Shown one piece after another: positions 59,229 through 64,000 of a stretch of DNA of 64,000 bases. Under the pieces are notes generated by a model. That model did no database searches, was not told the origin of the DNA, and worked only from the letters and a program-made list of their open reading frames with translations. The DNA is from Candidatus Peregrinibacteria bacterium CG11_big_fil_rev_8_21_14_0_20_49_14. Its GTDB lineage: Bacteria; Patescibacteriota; Gracilibacteria; Peribacterales; Peribacteraceae. Every line of letters begins with the position of its first letter. Positions within the stretch are counted from its first letter, which is position 1. The stretch lies in NCBI GenBank assembly GCA_002787035.1, contig PCVP01000014.1:11542-75541 (forward strand), read 5' to 3'. The position numbers and the translations under genes were made by a program.

Positions 59229-60356
59229 TTACATGTCCGCAGCTTTTCGAATCTCTTTGATGAGACCTGCAGCTATTTTGGGATTTTCCATGAGATAAAT
59301 TCTCGCCTGCTCTTTGCCCTGACCTATTGTTTCTTCACCGTGACGGAAATACGCTCCCGCCCTCTCCAAAATACCAAACTTCACACCAAGCTCTAATATA
59401 TCTCCCTCACAACTTATACCTTTATTGTAGAGAATATCGAATTCGGCTTGTCGAAAGGGTGGTGCGACCTTGTTTTTCACCACCTTTACACGAGTACGGT
59501 TTCCCACAATTTCTTGTGTGGCACCGTCCGGTCCCGTGGATTTTTCCAATATTTTATCGATACGGCGAACATCCAAGCGCAATGAAGAGTAGAACTTCAA
59601 TGCTTGCCCGCCAGCCGTGGTTTCCGGGTTACCGAACATGACCCCTATCTTCATGCGAATCTGGTTAATGAAGATAACACTGGTACCGCTCTTTCCGACT
59701 ACGGCAGTAAGTTTCCGCAGTGCCTGACTCATAAGACGTGCCTGTAAACCCATTTGAGGGTCTCCCATACTTCCTTCAATTTCCGCACGAGGAGTAAGGG
59801 CCGCGACAGAGTCTATGACAATAATGCTAATGGCTCCGCTGCGAACAAGTGTTTCGCAAATCTCCAATGCCTGTTCTCCGCAATCGGGCTGAGACACAAG
59901 CAGTGCGTCTATATCCACTCCGATTCTTTTTGCATACTGAATATCCAACGCATGCTCCGCATCTATGAATGCGGCTCTGCCGCCTCTTTTCTGTACCTCT
60001 GCGATCGCATGAAGTGACAATGTGGTTTTTCCACTGCTCTCCGGACCATAAATTTCAATAATTCGCCCCTCCGGAATACCACCGCCAAGAGCGAGATCCA
60101 GCGCGAGAGAGCCGGACGGATACCGCTTGATGTGCCTGTGCGCGTTTTCATCCATTTTCATAATGGCACCTTCGCCGTGCTGCTTTTCTATGTGCGCCAA
60201 GGCTGCAAGGATGGCTTCGTCTTTTGCCTGTTCTATGGGATCGACTTTTTTAGCCGGTTTTGATTTGGATTCCATCGCAGATGCGATGATGGAAGACTCG
60301 TTAACTTGAGGATCTTTCATTACTGCGGTTGAGGAAGAGGTGGATGCTTTGACCAT
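59229..60356 (-). CDS. recA: recombinase RecA
   Basis: [39 protein letters not shown]. About 35-aa N-terminal extension. Confidence 0.99.
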   Translation of the reverse strand: MVKASTSSSTAVMKDPQVNESSIIASAMESKSKPAKKVDPIEQAKDEAILAALAHIEKQHGEGAIMKMDENAHRHIKRYPSGSLALDLALGGGIPEGRIIEIYGPESSGKTTLSLHAIAEVQKRGGRAAFIDAEHALDIQYAKRIGVDIDALLVSQPDCGEQALEICETLVRSGAISIIVIDSVAALTPRAEIEGSMGDPQMGLQARLMSQALRKLTAVVGKSGTSVIFINQIRMKIGVMFGNPETTAGGQALKFYSSLRLDVRRIDKILEKSTGPDGATQEIVGNRTRVKVVKNKVAPPFRQAEFDILYNKGISCEGDILELGVKFGILERAGAYFRHGEETIGQGKEQARIYLMENPKIAAGLIKEIRKAADM

Positions 60357-60502
60357 AATACTAGGGGGAAGTTGGGAAGTATGAAATAGGATTTACCAAG
60401 GTGAACGGTTATACACCACCTTACGCAAAAGAGCGTACAGATAAAAACAATTGCACTTGCAAGGCAATAGAATAATGGTGGTGTACTGTAGTACACCTAC
60501 TT

Positions 60503-61321
60503 TTACAGAGGCGTACACGTACCGATATCTTGCTCCGTATCGGTCACTTCACAGTATTGGCCGGACGGACAGAGTACACCCGCAGGACCGCCGCAAGGAC
60601 CACCCGTTACAGCTCCACCCGAGCCCAATGCGGGCTGTTGTGACGACGACGCATCTTCTGTGTGGAGTTCCAACGATGCCAACAGGGAAAGCCACTGTTC
60701 CCGCAGCTCAGCTGCATTCGGGCTCTGATCCGCAGAGAACAGCATGGTAAGCATGGTGTCACCATGATGAACGTACACAGCCTGAGTGCCTGTCTGCTCA
60801 TTGATAATACGCACGGCAGGGAAACCGTCTACGACGATGGAGACACCGAACGGAAACTCTTCCGGTGCGTCCTGTGCAGACAGCGAGAGCACGGGTTTCT
60901 CCTGTGAAGGCGCAAAGAAGAACGATGTGCCTCCTTCTTTCGTGTGCGTCCATTCTTTGGGAGCATCCAAGCTGAGCAAAAGATGTGTAAGATCCCAACG
61001 CTTGGTGGTTGTTTCACTTTCTACGACAGATTCCACAACAAGTACCGGCAGCAACTTATCGTCAATATTCGGCTCTAAGACTCCTCGCAATGTCACCATT
61101 TTTCGTTCGTAGGCACGTAAGGTAATGAGTGTGCTCTCAACGAAATACAGCTCCTTTCCGTTTTTTGTGAGTACATGAGTTCCGCGACGGGCCAAAGAAA
61201 GCTCTGCGGGCATAAGAATACCCGAGACAGTTTGCTCTCCCTTCGGCAGAGGTGGGAGTGGCTCTTTCGCACAAGAAGCAAGAAGAAGACTGGCCAGTAA
61301 AAAAAGCTTTACGGACTTCAT
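60503..61321 (-). CDS. lipoprotein with C-terminal Cys-rich CGG-x-AG-x-x-C...C...C domain
   Basis: Lipobox LASC. N-terminal domain similar to that of 20580..21545. Confidence 0.82.
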   Translation of the reverse strand: MKSVKLFLLASLLLASCAKEPLPPLPKGEQTVSGILMPAELSLARRGTHVLTKNGKELYFVESTLITLRAYERKMVTLRGVLEPNIDDKLLPVLVVESVVESETTTKRWDLTHLLLSLDAPKEWTHTKEGGTSFFFAPSQEKPVLSLSAQDAPEEFPFGVSIVVDGFPAVRIINEQTGTQAVYVHHGDTMLTMLFSADQSPNAAELREQWLSLLASLELHTEDASSSQQPALGSGGAVTGGPCGGPAGVLCPSGQYCEVTDTEQDIGTCTPL

Positions 61322-61338
61322 GGTTTCAAAGTGAAAGC

Positions 61339-62442
61339 TTACTTCTTCGCGGAGTCGAATGCATACACAGCACGACCAACACGTTTGAAGTATGGCATTT
61401 TCTGAAGGTTGAGTGAAATGGTACCCACCTTCACAGTGCGCTGCTTTGCAACCTCAGCGATAATTTCTTTTTTACTGAGAGAACCTTTATCGATAAGAAT
61501 TTTTTCTATCACATCAGCAACCGTTCCCGGCTCATACCCCCATTCACGCAGCGCGTAGAGTCCGCGTCCGACCAGGACAAATTGCGGATAACGAATCAGT
61601 TCGTTGTGCACGGCCTGAACAGTAACGTTCTTGTGGTCAAAACCTGCCTCGCGAATGCGGTTCGCAATTTCCATAAAGTGAAGAGGCTCGCCTGTTTTCT
61701 TCAAAATGATTTCCACCTTATCTCGAATACTTCGTGGTCGAACGAATCTCCAATCTGTCAGTCCCCATCCTTCTGAAATTTCTTTGAGTCTTTCATCCAC
61801 AGCGAGACAGCTGACAATCAGCTCTCTGCTCGGAATGCGTCCCTCGAAGAGGTTGAGAGACTGAATGGCAGAGACAATCTCATCTGTCTGCATACAAGAC
61901 TTTCTTTTCTTCAGGATTTTTACGATGTTATTCACGATCATCTGTACATCGTCCATTGCCAGAGAATCCAATCTCCAGAATGGTCGGAAATTGTTGCTCT
62001 TGCTACCTCGCTGAATTTCGTTGTCGATAGAGAAGGAGAGGCGAAGTACTGACCCATCGAGATCCTTGCTGTCCTGAATACGTTTCAGTACGGCACTGAC
62101 CAGGGCACTCTCTGCCATCACACCACCGTGTGCGTGCAAAATACTCTTCGCAAGATCGTTAACCTCATCCAAACGCGTCGTACGAACCGTACGGCGAAGT
62201 TTTCCAAGTGCGATACTCTCAATTTGACGAATGCGTTCTCGTGTGACATTAAAATGCTTTCCGATCTTCTCCAAAGTCTGCTTTTGACTACCCTGCAGTG
62301 CAAAACGTTTTTTAATTACAGCTGATTCCTTATCTGTAAGGACGAGGAAAAGGTTACTGAGCAACTCATCGAGATCAAGCACAAGTTGCTTGCTAGGAGC
62401 TTTCTGCTGGGAAATTGTGGTTTGGACTGCGAGGTCGGACAT
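61339..62442 (-). CDS. sigma70 region-4 HTH fused to HARE-HTH / RNA polymerase delta-like winged helices
   Basis: TLEKIGKHFNVTRERIRQIE, PLHF-x-EI, VHNELI...FVLVGRGLYAL-x-EWGY. Confidence 0.85.
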   Translation of the reverse strand: MSDLAVQTTISQQKAPSKQLVLDLDELLSNLFLVLTDKESAVIKKRFALQGSQKQTLEKIGKHFNVTRERIRQIESIALGKLRRTVRTTRLDEVNDLAKSILHAHGGVMAESALVSAVLKRIQDSKDLDGSVLRLSFSIDNEIQRGSKSNNFRPFWRLDSLAMDDVQMIVNNIVKILKKRKSCMQTDEIVSAIQSLNLFEGRIPSRELIVSCLAVDERLKEISEGWGLTDWRFVRPRSIRDKVEIILKKTGEPLHFMEIANRIREAGFDHKNVTVQAVHNELIRYPQFVLVGRGLYALREWGYEPGTVADVIEKILIDKGSLSKKEIIAEVAKQRTVKVGTISLNLQKMPYFKRVGRAVYAFDSAKK

Positions 62443-62617
62443 AGAGTGAAGGGGAGAACAACCCTCGTTTTACCAAAAAATTGACAGAAACAAAAGTTAT
62501 ATGAGCGGTTCGGGTAGACTTTTAAGTGTACTTGTTGCGTACGAACTTTTGGTAATCGGAGAATGTTCAAAGAGCAAAGGATAATACTTTAATGACATTT
62601 AAACATTTGTCAACATT

Positions 62618-62995
62618 TTAACTTCCTCTTTTCTGACGGTCACAGAAGGTCAAAAGAAGTTGACATGCCGCCGCAGCATCGGGGTCCACATCCGACAGGG
62701 TGGGGGTGGAATATCGCTCATCTAATAAGGATACATGTATCCCAAGATCTTCCAGTGCTTCTGCCACTGAATGCACATGAATACACTGTGACCCCTCTTC
62801 GCCTCCGGGTAACAAGGGGAGACCGCATACCACAGTGTGAATATCCCGATCTTTCACAAGAGAGAGAATTTGACTGATCAGCTCGTCTTCACTCACGTGA
62901 AATACCGTACTGAGAGCGATGGGAACGCCCGTATCGGCAGAGCAGAATGCCACTCCGGTTCGTCTTAGGCCGATATCGAGCGCGAGAATATTCAC
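62618..62995 (-). CDS. ruvX: YqgF/RuvX family nuclease
   Basis: LALDIG-x-RRTGVA, VCGLP, DERYST, D-x-x-AA. Confidence 0.92.
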   Translation of the reverse strand: MNILALDIGLRRTGVAFCSADTGVPIALSTVFHVSEDELISQILSLVKDRDIHTVVCGLPLLPGGEEGSQCIHVHSVAEALEDLGIHVSLLDERYSTPTLSDVDPDAAAACQLLLTFCDRQKRGS

Positions 62996-63037
62996 TGCAA
63001 AAAAGAGTACGCGATCTGCGAAGGTACGGCGAGAATG

Positions 63038-63301
63038 TTACTTACAGGCAGCAACCAACTTTGCCATGCGAGCCTTCCTTCTGGATGCCGCATTGCGGTG
63101 GATAATGTGTTTCTTAGCTGCGGTGTCTATGGACTTAAACACAGTAGGGAGCAATGCCTCCGCATCTGCTTTCTTTCCTTCTTTCGTCAGATCCGTAATT
63201 TTACGAATCATGGTTTTCATGTGCGTTTTGAAAGGAAGACGACGCTGGCGACGTACTTCGTTTTGCTTGGACCTTTTGATGGCGGACTTAATAAGTGGCA
63301 T
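63038..63301 (-). CDS. rpsT: 30S ribosomal protein S20
   Basis: MPLIKSAIKR...IDTAAKKHIIHRNAASRRKAR. Confidence 0.97.
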   Translation of the reverse strand: MPLIKSAIKRSKQNEVRRQRRLPFKTHMKTMIRKITDLTKEGKKADAEALLPTVFKSIDTAAKKHIIHRNAASRRKARMAKLVAACK

Positions 63302-63422
63302 AAAGCTGGGAAATCCTACGCAAGCGACTCTCTTCGGTCAAGGAAAGATAGGAAAAAGAAGAAAGAAAATCCCTGCATCCTCTCATTGACTGAATTTCAA
63401 TTATCCGCTTATATATGCGCAT

Positions 63423-64000
63423 ATGTGTGGGATTTTCGGGTACGTAGGTTCTCGTATCAATGCAGGCCAAATGGTGATAGACGGCATAAAGCACCTAGAG
63501 TACCGGGGCTATGATTCTTGGGGAGTGGCATGTAAAAAAGACAATGAAATTTCGGTAGCCAAAGAAATCGGAAAAATAAGCGGTGTGAATGGCGAAGACT
63601 TTGCATTTCACAGTTCACAGGCCATTGCCCATACCAGATGGGCCACACACGGCGGTGTGACCGAACTCAACGCGCATCCTCATTTAAACGAAGAGGGGAC
63701 CATTGCGGTTGTGCACAACGGTATTATAGAAAACTACACGGAGCTTCGAGATGAACTGAAGAAGAAAGGGCATATCTTCCTTTCCGAAACAGACTCGGAA
63801 ATTATTCCGCATCTCATAGAGGAGGAACTTACGAACACGCAGGACTTTGCATCTGCGGTTCGCAGAGCGTGCCAGAGATTTGAAGGTCGTTACGCATTAC
63901 TTGCCATGGACTCAACGTCGCAAACACTGGTGGCCGCACGAACAGGCTCTCCGCTCATTGTGGGAGTGTCTCCTCAGGACGGCTACTTCATAGCATCGGA
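63423..64000 (+). CDS. glmS: glutamine-fructose-6-phosphate aminotransferase (5' part, runs off the window)
   Basis: Translated by hand: MCGIFGY...LEYRGYDSWG...IAHTRWATHG...NAHPH...VHNGIIENY...SETDSE. Absent from the ORF track. Confidence 0.96.
   Translation, partial: MCGIFGYVGSRINAGQMVIDGIKHLEYRGYDSWGVACKKDNEISVAKEIGKISGVNGEDFAFHSSQAIAHTRWATHGGVTELNAHPHLNEEGTIAVVHNGIIENYTELRDELKKKGHIFLSETDSEIIPHLIEEELTNTQDFASAVRRACQRFEGRYALLAMDSTSQTLVAARTGSPLIVGVSPQDGYFIAS

Noticed and set aside
57063-60356. Inteins or introns in dnaB and recA
   Set aside because: Lengths are normal and motifs contiguous. RecA has only a short loop insertion and an N-terminal extension.
63302-63422. glmS ribozyme
   Set aside because: Only ~120 bp are shared with the divergent rpsT promoter, and no ribozyme-like core was seen.

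Overview
Core-genome segment (roughly mid-40s % GC by eye, standard genetic code with TGA used as stop) of a Candidate Phyla Radiation bacterium, most consistent with Peregrinibacteria/Peribacteria (inference from CPR-type pilin, sigma70-r4/HARE-HTH fusion, DUF11 surface protein and many lineage-type hypotheticals). It carries pyrH-frr-purQ, clpB, priA, recG, obgE, dnaK, two GAPDHs, fbp, a CCA enzyme, rplI, secG, rpsP, prmC, purA, nadK, mraY, dnaB, recA, rpsT, the start of glmS, and five tRNAs (Arg-UCU, Pro-UGG, Phe-GAA, Ile-UAU, Val-UAC). The standout observation is absent from the ORF track: a 25-codon, probably leaderless ORF with six Met codons (MMMLMMM) inside a textbook antiterminator/terminator switch, directly upstream of a divergent DUF62-like (SAM hydroxide adenosyltransferase/SAM hydrolase) gene. 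This is a candidate methionine-sensing ribosomal attenuator controlling Met recovery from SAM. Also notable: a tRNA-Ile with a UAU anticodon, a RAGP arrest-motif ORF upstream of dsbA, duplicated tRNA 5' ends that break at the D-loop, a repeat family attached to tRNA CCA ends, a GapA/GapB-like pair, two CIRCE operators, widespread leaderless genes, and C-rich rather than Shine-Dalgarno leaders.
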